The notes beneath the pieces were generated by a model, which did no database searches, was not told the DNA's origin, and saw only the letters and a program-made list of their open reading frames with translations. Shown here piece after piece: positions 1 to 9,445 of a DNA stretch of 64,000 bases. A program made the position numbers and the translations under genes. The stretch lies in IMG/VR virus record IMGVR_UViG_3300028591_000125, one strand, 5' to 3'. The stretch comes from a virus (Duplodnaviria > Heunggongvirae > Uroviricota > Caudoviricetes). Numbering within the stretch: position 1 is the first letter of the stretch; every line of letters starts with the position of its first letter.

Positions 1-343
1 TTTTTTTATCCAACCAATTAATCATATTGTTTATGTTTGGTAGATTACACATTGCTTGATAAAATTCAGGATGCCACTCACTAACACAATGGAATGCCTT
101 GAATTCTTTCTTCTCTTCCTCCGTCATGCTTGACATCGGACGAAGGTAAGGCTTGCACGTTTCTATCGGCCATCCACTGTCTTCTGTAGCGTAAAAATTG
201 TTGTCAATTTCAAAAACACTATCTAATTTGACGTCTTCCCTTTCAGATGGATAAAAAATATTTGATGGGCTGTTAATTATTACTCCATACGGAAACCTCG
301 CACAGAGGTCTTTCAACAATAGAGATTTTTCTTCGTTTGTCAT
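1..343 (-). CDS. hypothetical protein, 5' part of gene (continues beyond window start); N-terminus paralogous to 11223..11471
   Basis: Manual reverse translation gives MTNEEKSLLLKDLCARFPYGV..., open to position 1. It shares LLLxDLCARxPYGV with 11223..11471. ATG is at 343. Confidence 0.45.
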   Translation of the reverse strand, partial: MTNEEKSLLLKDLCARFPYGVIINSPSNIFYPSEREDVKLDSVFEIDNNFYATEDSGWPIETCKPYLRPMSSMTEEEKKEFKAFHCVSEWHPEFYQAMCNLPNINNMINWLDKK

Positions 344-346
344 AAT

Positions 347-565
347 TTATTCTTCCTTCTGTTCACTAATTTCTTTCTCCAAGTCCACCTCTTTCACTTC
401 AAGGGTATTAATGAAAGAAAGAATTCTATTCAACTCACTTGCAAGCATATCATTAAGGACAGTTTCTTGCCCGATTGATTCAAGATTCTTCTGTCTTATC
501 AACGCCCCATCTCTTAGTCTCTCTATCTCCGCTACTAAAGCTGATTTTGGTATATACTGTTCCAT
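347..565 (-). CDS. small coiled-coil hypothetical protein; first 24 codons duplicated at 11034..11216
   Basis: ORF track 72 aa. Its 5' 75 nt are nearly identical to 11142..11216. Confidence 0.5.
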   Translation of the reverse strand: MEQYIPKSALVAEIERLRDGALIRQKNLESIGQETVLNDMLASELNRILSFINTLEVKEVDLEKEISEQKEE

Positions 566-569
566 GTTG

Positions 570-2153
570 TTATTCTCCTTTCTTTCTTCTCACAAGACGA
601 ACAGATAGACTATAGTAGCGATCATAGTTGTACACACTGATATCGTTGTTGTCGAAGCGGTAGCCATTGTTGCCGGAGGCATATTCCTCACCGTAGTAAG
701 TATTCGACCAATAGACACCAAATGTACCTACACCAAACATCTCTGTACCGTTGCGGCAGCCCTCAGCATGTAAGTATATTGTGTGGCCATTTGGACCGGT
801 CACATCGTATCCATTGCCTTTCCACTTCCATTTACACATCCCCTTCAGCTCTTCCCATTGTTCTCTTGTTGGAAGATTATCACCGAACTTCTCGACTGCT
901 TCATCATAAGTGTAATAACCTTCTTCATTGAAATGCTTCCACAGAGTTCCACTAGGTAATCCAAGATCAACGCATTCATTGACTACTTCTTCATTTAACT
1001 TTTGTTCTGGTTGTACTCTTTCTTTGAGAGATTTAAGCCAATTTATTGTTATTTTCATTTCGTCATACATTGTAGAATTAGAAGTACTTTCGGATAATTT
1101 ATCTTCACATAATGATTCCAATAATTTGATTCTAAATTCATCCTCTTCACTCCAAGATTGATTTTGGTTAATAAGTATATAATATTCCTCAAATTTAAAT
1201 GGAATATACACATCATCTATAGTAAGATAACAGTCATCAAGTATCTTTTTTATTGTGTGCTTTTCTTTTGAAAACTCTTCTCTCTCACCAACATATTTAA
1301 TTATGTCACCAACCTTGAACTTTGGCTTAACCTTATCGGCGGGTTTCTGTTTACTCTGTTTTTCTATTATCTCTGTTTTTGTTTTACCTTTCTCAAAACT
1401 ATTTCGTAATTTCTGTTGAATTGTAAAGTCAATATAATCATCTGCCCAATCTCTTACCATAAGAAGAAAGTGTTCTGCCCATCGGTTAGCGTATTCTTCT
1501 TTAGTTTCACCTTCTTTCTTACAAGTTACTTTTTCCCAAGCACAGTCATATACTGCTTGTTTAAACTTTTCTAAAAGAGACTTCTCCTCTTCAACAATAT
1601 TATCAGTAGATTCCTGTATTTTAGTTCCAGTCAAAATACCATCCTCTACACCTTCTTTGTAAGACTTCTCTTTTATAGTTTCATAAATTTCATTATGCTT
1701 TTTCTTTACTCCATCTTGCTTTTCAATGAAGGTATTATAATATTCTATTGCATCTTTACATTTGACTTTTACGTTATCATAAAAGTCTTGTAAATCACTA
1801 TCAGCTCGAGAATATCTATCAACCATAGTAGAAATAGATTCTACTGTTTCTTTATATGGATTGTATTTGGATAACTCACCCTGCTTTTTAAGCCAGGCAA
1901 ATGCTTTATCTTTATCTTCTGGAGACATATAACCACCAACCTGAAGAAGCTTTATGATACTTTTCCTTACCTTTTCATCCTCGCTTTCTTTTTCTTTCAG
2001 TTCGGGGAATATATGCTCAAGTTCTTCTATCTCTTTTGCAATACTATAATGAGAGGCAACACTGTGATGTCCTCTCGCTCTTTCCAAAGCACCTTCATAC
2101 TTCTTGTGTTCTTCTTCGTAGAGCTTCTTGTAATCGATTTCGTAGTCTTTCAT
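570..2153 (-). CDS. hypothetical protein with C-terminal Fib_succ_major-like (Bacteroidota/Fibrobacter paralogous) domain
   Basis: 527 aa ORF. The C-terminus GTLWKHFNEEGYYTYDEAVEKFGDNLPTREQWEELK...VYWSNTYYG resembles the TIGR02145-type domain. The N-terminal two thirds is charged and coiled-coil. Confidence 0.55.
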   Translation of the reverse strand: MKDYEIDYKKLYEEEHKKYEGALERARGHHSVASHYSIAKEIEELEHIFPELKEKESEDEKVRKSIIKLLQVGGYMSPEDKDKAFAWLKKQGELSKYNPYKETVESISTMVDRYSRADSDLQDFYDNVKVKCKDAIEYYNTFIEKQDGVKKKHNEIYETIKEKSYKEGVEDGILTGTKIQESTDNIVEEEKSLLEKFKQAVYDCAWEKVTCKKEGETKEEYANRWAEHFLLMVRDWADDYIDFTIQQKLRNSFEKGKTKTEIIEKQSKQKPADKVKPKFKVGDIIKYVGEREEFSKEKHTIKKILDDCYLTIDDVYIPFKFEEYYILINQNQSWSEEDEFRIKLLESLCEDKLSESTSNSTMYDEMKITINWLKSLKERVQPEQKLNEEVVNECVDLGLPSGTLWKHFNEEGYYTYDEAVEKFGDNLPTREQWEELKGMCKWKWKGNGYDVTGPNGHTIYLHAEGCRNGTEMFGVGTFGVYWSNTYYGEEYASGNNGYRFDNNDISVYNYDRYYSLSVRLVRRKKGE

Positions 2154-2336
2154 AATTTTAATTTTATTGTATTGTAAATAAAGTTTTCCAACCTAAAAGT
2201 GTATCTTTCTGTGCAGTTACTTTTAAAATATTACTACTGAATTGACATAATACTGCATTATAGTCCAATTCTTCGTAATCATCGTAATAGTGTTCACTTA
2301 TATCGCCATCTTTCTTTACTATTACTAATCAATACA

Positions 2337-2678
2337 TTATTCTCTCCAGTCATCATATATTTCTACTGACATATAACCTTCTTCGTTGTATCCCGCATTT
2401 AATATAATTTCTCCATTTTTCTCAACGAATTTATTAAGGTCATTAATCTCTAGAACCCAAACATTAGTAGGATTTTTTTGTATTCCCCTATAATTTCCGT
2501 TCTGTACTTTAACTATATCTCTACAAGTCTCATTAAATTGTTTCCAGGCAAAAGAGTCTTTATCATCTTCAATATGAGAGGCCCTAAAATCAAAATAATG
2601 TACTTGTTCTTTAATAGCCCCATCTATAGGTTTAACATCCGGATCCCAAATACTAGTTCTTCTTATTATATATTTCAT
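2337..2678 (-). CDS. hypothetical protein
   Basis: 113 aa ORF in a co-oriented block. Confidence 0.45.
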   Translation of the reverse strand: MKYIIRRTSIWDPDVKPIDGAIKEQVHYFDFRASHIEDDKDSFAWKQFNETCRDIVKVQNGNYRGIQKNPTNVWVLEINDLNKFVEKNGEIILNAGYNEEGYMSVEIYDDWRE

Positions 2679-2684
2679 TTCTCC

Positions 2685-3077
2685 TTATTTTTTCTTATAG
2701 TTATTGAAATCTTCGTCGGTAGCTTCACAATCATTGGCATAATCATAGAACCGCTCTTTCTTGCAGATATTGCAAAACTGCCTTCCGACTCCATTTCCCT
2801 TGGGTAGTCCGTCGCTGAACCATCTATGCCCAAATATCATGCAGTGTAGTCTATCTCCAAGTGTCGGTCTCTTGGGCTTGTATGCGAACAGACTCATAAG
2901 GGCGAGTATGCCTATATATATTACGGTTATAGGCCAAATCATAGCCAAGACAGTAATTGCGGCGTATTCGAGTATTGTTTTAATGTTGCCTGATTTCGCC
3001 ACGATAACCAGGCACGTAATAACCGCACACAGCGAATAAAGCACCCCCGCCATAATTAATATAAATGTCATATTCAT
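2685..3077 (-). CDS. membrane protein with C-terminal Cys-rich zinc-ribbon-like tail
   Basis: 130 aa ORF with three hydrophobic helices followed by CMIFGHRW...CNICKK. Confidence 0.5.
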   Translation of the reverse strand: MNMTFILIMAGVLYSLCAVITCLVIVAKSGNIKTILEYAAITVLAMIWPITVIYIGILALMSLFAYKPKRPTLGDRLHCMIFGHRWFSDGLPKGNGVGRQFCNICKKERFYDYANDCEATDEDFNNYKKK

Positions 3078-3148
3078 TTCCTTTCCTCCTTATCACCGGT
3101 ATACTTTGAAAATATATCATCAATGTCATTGATATTCTTTTTATACTC

Positions 3149-3349
3149 TTAAAGAAGAGTTTTGCTACACTCTTCTTCTTTTTCTTCTTTAAGGTCCTTA
3201 TCTATCATGCTAAGGATAGTTTTATATTCGCACCATAAAACATCCCACGTATGTTTTTCAACTGGGTTGGAATATTTACGTCTTGCTTCTTCAACTGCTT
3301 CTAATCTCTCTTCAAGGTGCTTTTTAATTTTTTCTACTTGTTTATTCAT
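3149..3349 (-). CDS. hypothetical protein
   Basis: 66 aa ORF, tightly packed with neighbours. Confidence 0.4.
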   Translation of the reverse strand: MNKQVEKIKKHLEERLEAVEEARRKYSNPVEKHTWDVLWCEYKTILSMIDKDLKEEKEEECSKTLL

Positions 3350-3352
3350 AAG

Positions 3353-3784
3353 TTATACCTCCCAAAAGTTTAAAATTGCTACTGTTTTGAGATAACTGCG
3401 GCCACTGAGAATCTTATTAAAAGTCTCAGCAAGAATTCCGTTCGATGGATTTTTATGTTCAATCAATGTTTCAACTGCTCCAAGTCTTTCACACGCACTA
3501 CATTGGTCACCAGATTCCGAACTTCCAAACCACGATACCACCCACTGACGAGTAAGTTCGGGGTGAAGTTTTAGGTACTCAAGTTGCTCATTTGAGGTCA
3601 TTTCTTTCCACCGTTCAAGTGAGATGTTCGTTAATACATAATCATCTATAAGTACAGGTGACTGAATTTTAGTACCTTTAATAGACATATGAAGGTTGTC
3701 ATTGTCAAAAGCTATGACTGTACATACACAATCCTTAAAGCCATCTTTGTGGTAAACCTTATCGCCTTTTTTAAGTCGTATCAT
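3353..3784 (-). CDS. hypothetical protein
   Basis: 143 aa ORF. Confidence 0.5.
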   Translation of the reverse strand: MIRLKKGDKVYHKDGFKDCVCTVIAFDNDNLHMSIKGTKIQSPVLIDDYVLTNISLERWKEMTSNEQLEYLKLHPELTRQWVVSWFGSSESGDQCSACERLGAVETLIEHKNPSNGILAETFNKILSGRSYLKTVAILNFWEV

Positions 3785-3948
3785 TTCTTTTCCTCCTTTG
3801 TGTTCTGTTTCTTCTTTGCTTTCTCAATTACAAGCTCAAGATACTCTTGTGCCTCTGCTTCACGTTTCTTTTCGTCGTGTATGAAGGCAACAACCAGAAG
3901 TGGTACTGCAACCACTATCATAATTCCGAATATTATACTTGCTTTCAT
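3781..3948 (-). CDS. small membrane protein (about 55 aa, below ORF-track cutoff)
   Basis: Manual translation MKASIIFGIMIVVAVPLLVVAFIHDEKKREAEAQEYLELVIEKAKKKQNTKEEKK. It has ATGA overlaps with both neighbours. Confidence 0.35.
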   Translation of the reverse strand: MKASIIFGIMIVVAVPLLVVAFIHDEKKREAEAQEYLELVIEKAKKKQNTKEEKK

Positions 3949-4280
3949 AATTTACTTTTTTTAATCTGTTTTTCTCTCCACTCGACACCAGCAATAAATA
4001 TTTCATCCGCTGTGTATGGACAGTTACCTTTTTCATCAATCATCCCAAGCTTATCTAATATATCTTGGGCCTGATGTCTACTTAAGCCTGTATATTCTTC
4101 GTCGCAATATACTTCAGGAAATTCATCATCCCCAGTTAGAGTCTGTTCTAACTCTTCCTCTGACTTACCTTCAACTATTTTTTTGAATTTCCTAAAAATT
4201 CTGTTGCATCTATCTTCCTCTGATTCTTTTTTAATGAATTTGTTGATAGATTCTTTAATTCTAGTTAATATTTTTTTCAT
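3945..4280 (-). CDS. hypothetical protein
   Basis: 111 aa ORF. Confidence 0.5.
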   Translation of the reverse strand: MKKILTRIKESINKFIKKESEEDRCNRIFRKFKKIVEGKSEEELEQTLTGDDEFPEVYCDEEYTGLSRHQAQDILDKLGMIDEKGNCPYTADEIFIAGVEWREKQIKKSKL

Positions 4281-4299
4281 ATCTTATTCCTCCTTGTTT

Positions 4300-4491
4300 T
4301 TATTTTCTTGCAAATTTATATGTATAAGTTGTGTCGCCATTATGTATCTTGGTGATTGTATCTATCTTATATTTCGGGTCATTTAGTGAGTTGTTACTGA
4401 CTTTATTATCGGGACAGGCGTAAAGTACAACACCCAGTATTATACTCATTACCACTAAACCAATAGCAAAACCCCATGCAAAATTACTCAT
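4300..4491 (-). CDS. small membrane protein
   Basis: 63 aa ORF with an N-terminal hydrophobic helix. Confidence 0.4.
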   Translation of the reverse strand: MSNFAWGFAIGLVVMSIILGVVLYACPDNKVSNNSLNDPKYKIDTITKIHNGDTTYTYKFARK

Positions 4492-4494
4492 TGT

Positions 4495-4740
4495 TTATTC
4501 CTCCATTTCCATCTCTTCATCACGTACATACTCCACAGTTTCAGGGTCGACCCAAAGCGGTGTATCTACATCTTGTCTGAGGTGATGCCCGTCCCATTCG
4601 AGACAATTATCAAACGGAGATCCGGGAATATGATTGTCGAGTGGGATAATTACAGGTGTTCCTTGCACAATTATAAGTTGTCCCTCTATCCATTCTTTGT
4701 TCCATCTTTTAGCCTTGAAAATTTGAATTTTTGTTTTCAT
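4495..4740 (-). CDS. hypothetical protein
   Basis: 81 aa ORF. Confidence 0.45.
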   Translation of the reverse strand: MKTKIQIFKAKRWNKEWIEGQLIIVQGTPVIIPLDNHIPGSPFDNCLEWDGHHLRQDVDTPLWVDPETVEYVRDEEMEMEE

Positions 4741-4743
4741 ATC

Positions 4744-5130
4744 TTATTCCTCCATCATTGCTTTTTTGAAGTCATCTATCGGTTTTTCTCTGTCTAGATC
4801 CACCTCACCATATTTCTCAACAAGGTATCCGTAAGTGTTACATCTCAACCACTCACAGGCCTTTTCAATCAATTTTTCTTCTTGATACTTCACATATTGT
4901 TCCATATCTTTTAGTTCCTGTTCCCTTGTGATAACATCACCATTAAGAGTAACAGTATATCCAAGCTCTTTAAGATATTTCACAATATTTTGCTTGTCGG
5001 GATTCTTTTTTGTCCACTCTGCAAAATGACGAGCCGTTTCTCTGATATCATCGTCATTGTAGTTATCGTGTTTTGGTAGATTTCCATTTTCTAACCAATC
5101 TCTAATTTCATCTTCTAAATTATTTTTCAT
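4744..5130 (-). CDS. hypothetical protein
   Basis: 128 aa ORF. The TATATAAGGA motif lies just upstream on the coding strand (5146..5160). Confidence 0.5.
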   Translation of the reverse strand: MKNNLEDEIRDWLENGNLPKHDNYNDDDIRETARHFAEWTKKNPDKQNIVKYLKELGYTVTLNGDVITREQELKDMEQYVKYQEEKLIEKACEWLRCNTYGYLVEKYGEVDLDREKPIDDFKKAMMEE

Positions 5131-5249
5131 AATTTCTATTTTAATTCATATATAAGGATTAAAAGGGAAGAAAAAAGTAGTGTGGATTTTGATTTATCCA
5201 CTTTCTTGATTTAATATAATATTTTTTCAATTAGAATTTGTGAGCGTTT

Positions 5250-5561
5250 TTAATCTATATGTTTTACATAAATTTTATGTCCACAGTTAGGGCATTCGAC
5301 AAAATAATCATAATGATATCCTCTCATATCCCTATATTCTTCCTCTTTAAGAGGTAAAGACTTATAATCAAACTCATTTTGACAACACTCACACCTCTTT
5401 ATTTCTGTTTTTTCTATTTTATGTAACTCATCTTTAAGTTCTTGATTATCGTGAACGTTACCAATGACTTCAAAATCATCTTCGATGTTGCATCTGTAAG
5501 CATTTAAAGAAAAATCGCTTTTGTTACAATCAACTAAGATATATTTACAATCTGTAACCAT
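5250..5561 (-). CDS. Cys-rich zinc-finger-like hypothetical protein (start may be 5615)
   Basis: ORF 5250..5615 with CECCQNEF...CPNCGH. The internal Met at 5561 avoids overlap with the upstream gene. Confidence 0.4.
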   Translation of the reverse strand: MVTDCKYILVDCNKSDFSLNAYRCNIEDDFEVIGNVHDNQELKDELHKIEKTEIKRCECCQNEFDYKSLPLKEEEYRDMRGYHYDYFVECPNCGHKIYVKHID

Positions 5562-5889
5562 TTTCAGTAATATAGCAAATCCTGAAAATTCTGTATACTG
5601 GTTCGATATCACCACGTTTGAAATCTCTTTCTATGAAAACTTCACCACCTGACTTATTGGACTTATAAACTACAAATCCAAGAGTATCCTTTGACGGTAT
5701 ATAAGTAATTTCGTCAATTGTACTTTGGTCATTAAGTTCAATCTCGTAGTCAGTGATGTTAAATGAAAGAGTCTCAATGAAAGGGTTTTTCTTTTCACCC
5801 TTCTCTTTCATAAAACCTTTTATACCGATGACGCACTTTTCGTACATTTCATCACGTAACGCTTTTATTTCTGATGCAATCTTTTCCAT
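5545..5889 (-). CDS. hypothetical protein
   Basis: 114 aa ORF. Confidence 0.5.
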   Translation of the reverse strand: MEKIASEIKALRDEMYEKCVIGIKGFMKEKGEKKNPFIETLSFNITDYEIELNDQSTIDEITYIPSKDTLGFVVYKSNKSGGEVFIERDFKRGDIEPVYRIFRICYITENGYRL

Positions 5890-5918
5890 AATTACATCAA
5901 TACTTATTAAGATTTAAA

Positions 5919-6362
5919 TTATTTTCTATCATAGATCAATACCCCATTTGAATATACTCGACTAATATTATATTTATTGAGTATATCTTGCTTTAATAGT
6001 TGTGAATTAGCATCTTTTCTACCTGTACAACTGCCAATAGAACTATCAATTATTTTCCCCTCAAACCATAAAACATACTCACCTCTACCACTAAAGTCTG
6101 AACCACGATGACTTCTTGAATAGATATAAGCTTTATAGATTATAGGTTTTGTTCCAAGTGGGTATACATCCCAAGCTGGTACAGCATATCCTTTATTTTC
6201 TACTAGTACATTAATATATCGGTTTCCTGATGGTGCATAATAAACTTTTGAATCTACTATAGCCTCACGATAAAATTCATCTTCAGGTACATTACCTAAA
6301 TCTACTATAACTTTATCACCAATTTTTAAATTATTTATGAAACTACTGTCAATTTCTGTCAT
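5919..6362 (-). CDS. hypothetical protein
   Basis: 147 aa ORF with the promoter motif upstream (6388..6402). Confidence 0.5.
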   Translation of the reverse strand: MTEIDSSFINNLKIGDKVIVDLGNVPEDEFYREAIVDSKVYYAPSGNRYINVLVENKGYAVPAWDVYPLGTKPIIYKAYIYSRSHRGSDFSGRGEYVLWFEGKIIDSSIGSCTGRKDANSQLLKQDILNKYNISRVYSNGVLIYDRK

Positions 6363-6452
6363 ATTATTTTTAAGTATTTTTTATCCACATATATAAGGAT
6401 TAAAAAGGAAATAAAAAGTAGTGTGGATTTTAATTTCTCCACACTAAATAAA

Positions 6453-6830
6453 TTACACTATTATCTCTATACTTGGAATTTTAACTATTTCCCTGCTATT
6501 AATTTCCTTAGCTACATCTAAAGTCAAGCCAGGATATTTTTCAGCATAATAATCCCAATCTTCAGGATCATCTAATTCAATCTCCGCTGTTATTAGTTTT
6601 TTAAGGGCTAATAATTTGAGGTTGATTTTTTGAAGATCCTTTTTAAATTTAGGATCAAGAGTAGTTTTCCATTCCTTAGCTGAAACATTAAACTTTTCGA
6701 TAATAGTTTTAAGTTCCTCAGATTTTTCTTTTGTTTTTAATTTTAGGATAGCGTCAATCTTTTTCTCAATATCAATACCTAAACTAAATTTATCTAAAGT
6801 CTCTCTGAGTTCTTTAATTCTTTCTTTCAT
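6453..6830 (-). CDS. hypothetical protein, tandem paralog family A
   Basis: 125 aa ORF. N-terminus MKERIKELRETLDKF matches 6827..7192 (MKEKIKELRNYI). Confidence 0.5.
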   Translation of the reverse strand: MKERIKELRETLDKFSLGIDIEKKIDAILKLKTKEKSEELKTIIEKFNVSAKEWKTTLDPKFKKDLQKINLKLLALKKLITAEIELDDPEDWDYYAEKYPGLTLDVAKEINSREIVKIPSIEIIV

Positions 6831-7192
6831 TCTTCCTCTAGTTCTAGTTTATGTAACTCAGGACATTTTTCACTCTTAATAGACTTGATTTCATTCACCT
6901 CTACTATAGTTATGTTTTCAGATGGATTTACTTCCGAGATTGATGATATTCTTGATGCTATAATAAGTCTTGTATATGACCAATTCAAGTCTCTTCTGTC
7001 AGAATTATTAATAGACTTTGGATTTGAATTAACAAAATCTACTATCTTATTATGCATAATAATAGCAGTCTTAATGTTATTAGATTTTTTCTTAAGAAGT
7101 ATGATTCCCTCAGAATAAGAATAATATGAGTTTTGATCTAATAAAACATTATTAATAATATAATTTCTTAGCTCTTTAATTTTTTCTTTCAT
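6827..7192 (-). CDS. hypothetical protein, tandem paralog family A
   Basis: 121 aa ORF. It shares AIIMHNKIV...NSN...SDRR with 7195..7560. Confidence 0.5.
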   Translation of the reverse strand: MKEKIKELRNYIINNVLLDQNSYYSYSEGIILLKKKSNNIKTAIIMHNKIVDFVNSNPKSINNSDRRDLNWSYTRLIIASRISSISEVNPSENITIVEVNEIKSIKSEKCPELHKLELEEE

Positions 7193-7194
7193 AC

Positions 7195-7560
7195 TTATTT
7201 TAATGCAAGTATTTCAGGAAGTTCTGGAATTTCTATGCTATTAATTTCATCAGCAACTTCTTTTGTTATCCAAGAAGGATTTTCTGGATCATTTGGATCA
7301 AGTTTAACAAGGACTAATCTTTTTCCCATGATAAGCTTCATAGAATATTTTTCTAATAATCTTCTATCACTCTCATCAAAAGAATCTTGATTTGAATTTG
7401 CACACTCTACTATCTCATTATGCATAATAATAGCATCCTTCAATAAGTTTGCCTTTTTCTTAATCTCTATTAGATTTTCAGGCATTCCAAAAGTAGGTTT
7501 GCTCATTAGGTTTTCATAAATAAATGTTCCTAATTCTTGTACTTTGTTTACTAATTCCAT
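7195..7560 (-). CDS. hypothetical protein, tandem paralog family A
   Basis: 121 aa ORF. It shares AIIMHNEIVECANSNQDSFDESDRR with 6827..7192. Confidence 0.5.
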   Translation of the reverse strand: MELVNKVQELGTFIYENLMSKPTFGMPENLIEIKKKANLLKDAIIMHNEIVECANSNQDSFDESDRRLLEKYSMKLIMGKRLVLVKLDPNDPENPSWITKEVADEINSIEIPELPEILALK

Positions 7561-7585
7561 TTTGTTTTAATTTTTAAGTTAATAT

Positions 7586-7876
7586 TTAATCTCTCCAAGT
7601 TCCTGGTTCATAATCAGGATGTGCCTCAAGTTTCTCTCTAAGCTCATCTATATCAACTGGATCTTCAGAGTCACTGTAATTAATATCCCAAATTGATTCC
7701 ATTTCTTCACAAAGTTCATACTCTGGAAAATCTTTTTTGAACTTCTCTTCAAACTCCTCATAATTGCTGTCTTCTAATCCATCAGGTCGGTCAGAGAGTT
7801 CAAGAATAGTAATGTCTTCATCTGAACAAAACATCTCTTTACCGATATAAACACAGTAATAAAGTTTTTCTGCCAT
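7586..7876 (-). CDS. hypothetical protein, family B (with 8487..8894)
   Basis: 96 aa ORF. It shares KKDFPEYEL and a C-terminal ...AHPDYEPG motif with 8487..8894. Confidence 0.5.
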   Translation of the reverse strand: MAEKLYYCVYIGKEMFCSDEDITILELSDRPDGLEDSNYEEFEEKFKKDFPEYELCEEMESIWDINYSDSEDPVDIDELREKLEAHPDYEPGTWRD

Positions 7877-8003
7877 AATTTTAATTTTTAAGTTGTTTTA
7901 AATATTCTGTTAACTCATATATAAGGAAATAAATATTTTTTCAGATGGTAAAAAAGAGGCACCAATTAAGGCACCTGTATAATCATTTTGTAACGGTCTC
8001 TTT

Positions 8004-8483
8004 TTATTTTAAGTATTTATCAGGATCTTTGAGTTCTTTTTTCCATCCTTCTAGACATCTTTTTTCATCCTCACTTAAACCACTTTCCTGTAAGCCTCTA
8101 GTGATTAAGTCTAGAAGATCTTTATACCATCCCCTTAATATCTCTTTAACTTCTGGAGTATATTCACCCTCATCATCATTAATAAGATCATTAAAGTCTT
8201 GTATTCTATCACACAACTCATCTACTCCAGCGCTATATCCAGTTTTTTCAGCTTTATATTCGTCATAAAGTTCATAAAGCTTGGGTAGTTTTTTAAGACC
8301 GTTTAAACCTATTCCAAGATAATCGTCACCGTTCAAGAATACATCACAATCAAATATCTTCTTAAACCCATTTAGATCAATGATTAGCCCTTCTTTTTGT
8401 TTGAATACGATTTTCTTATCATTCGTCTTTTCTTTATCGATCTCATAACCGGCTGGAATCGGAATTTCAATTTCTTTTGCCAT
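8004..8483 (-). CDS. hypothetical protein, family C (with 8899..9441)
   Basis: 159 aa ORF. N-terminus MAKEIEIPIPAGYEIDKEK matches MAEKIFKVRIPDGYEIDEEK. Confidence 0.5.
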   Translation of the reverse strand: MAKEIEIPIPAGYEIDKEKTNDKKIVFKQKEGLIIDLNGFKKIFDCDVFLNGDDYLGIGLNGLKKLPKLYELYDEYKAEKTGYSAGVDELCDRIQDFNDLINDDEGEYTPEVKEILRGWYKDLLDLITRGLQESGLSEDEKRCLEGWKKELKDPDKYLK

Positions 8484-8486
8484 AAT

Positions 8487-8894
8487 TTAGTGTTTTAATA
8501 ATTTACGGGTTTTTTCATCTAACCACCCATAAGCTGGATGATTTGCTAATTTTTCCATAAGTTCCATAGGATTTACGGAATTTTTAGTATTTACATAATA
8601 TACGTTAAATGCCCACAAACCTTTTTCCCATAAATCATATTCTGGGAAATCTTTTTTGAATTTTAAGGCAAATGGTATATAGTAATCCCGATCTTCAGGT
8701 AAATGCCCCGAAGGTAAATCCGTTAAGGTTAAAATAGTCGTTCTTCCATCAAATCGATCTACTTGCCAGTATAATATTCCATTAAACTCATCTTCCTTAT
8801 TTAAGGCATTTTCCTTTGGTATCGTATTTTCAATAAAATATTTAATTAATAACAATAACATAAATAAATTTCTTTCATATTTTCCGTTTGCCAT
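8487..8894 (-). CDS. hypothetical protein, family B
   Basis: 135 aa ORF with KKDFPEYDLWEKG and a C-terminal ...NHPAYGW motif. Confidence 0.5.
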   Translation of the reverse strand: MANGKYERNLFMLLLLIKYFIENTIPKENALNKEDEFNGILYWQVDRFDGRTTILTLTDLPSGHLPEDRDYYIPFALKFKKDFPEYDLWEKGLWAFNVYYVNTKNSVNPMELMEKLANHPAYGWLDEKTRKLLKH

Positions 8895-8898
8895 ATTT

Positions 8899-9441
8899 CT
8901 ATTTTTTAAGTTGTTTTAAATATTCTGTATAGGTCATAAATTTATCACCCATATCTTCTTTAAAATCATCAAACCAATCCTCAAAGTAACTATCAATACC
9001 TTCCGGATCATTGTAAGGAATGTCAACGCCATCTTCTTTATAACCTAAACCCTCCGGTAAGAAGTCGCGTACTTCATAACCATCATGTGTAGGAAATGTA
9101 TAGCCCTCATAACAATGCTGATAAAACGAAGTGCAATTATTTATCCATCCTATAAAAGTATTGTAATCTCCTATTTCTTCTAATTTTACCTTGGATTTTG
9201 AAGTTATTTTAGATTTCGGAGACGATTTTATTTTCTTTTTAGGAGGATCTTTTCTAAATAAGTCTCTATAGTTACTATCAGATATTATACCTGCACCATG
9301 CAGATCCTGAATCCTTCCTTTTAGGGTTTTATAAAGACTCTTATAATCTAATTCTTTAAATACAATTTTTTCAAATGTTGACTTCTCTTCGTCTATTTCA
9401 TACCCATCAGGAATTCTTACTTTAAATATTTTTTCTGCCAT
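8899..9441 (-). CDS. hypothetical protein, family C
   Basis: 180 aa ORF. Confidence 0.5.
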   Translation of the reverse strand: MAEKIFKVRIPDGYEIDEEKSTFEKIVFKELDYKSLYKTLKGRIQDLHGAGIISDSNYRDLFRKDPPKKKIKSSPKSKITSKSKVKLEEIGDYNTFIGWINNCTSFYQHCYEGYTFPTHDGYEVRDFLPEGLGYKEDGVDIPYNDPEGIDSYFEDWFDDFKEDMGDKFMTYTEYLKQLKK

Positions 9442-9445
9442 ATCT

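Noticed and set aside
2478-4797. Numerous plus-strand ORFs nested inside the minus-strand block (2478..2807, 2761..3039, 3162..3395, 3689..3964, 3847..4074, 4183..4386, 4573..4797, and similar antisense ORFs elsewhere)
   Set aside because: They are antisense to better-supported co-oriented genes, have low-complexity translations and lack the start motif.
6453-9441. CRISPR array or other regular repeat array
   Set aside because: The repetition is at the level of paralogous protein-coding genes of different lengths, not short direct repeats with spacers. No CRISPR-like repeats were seen anywhere in the window.
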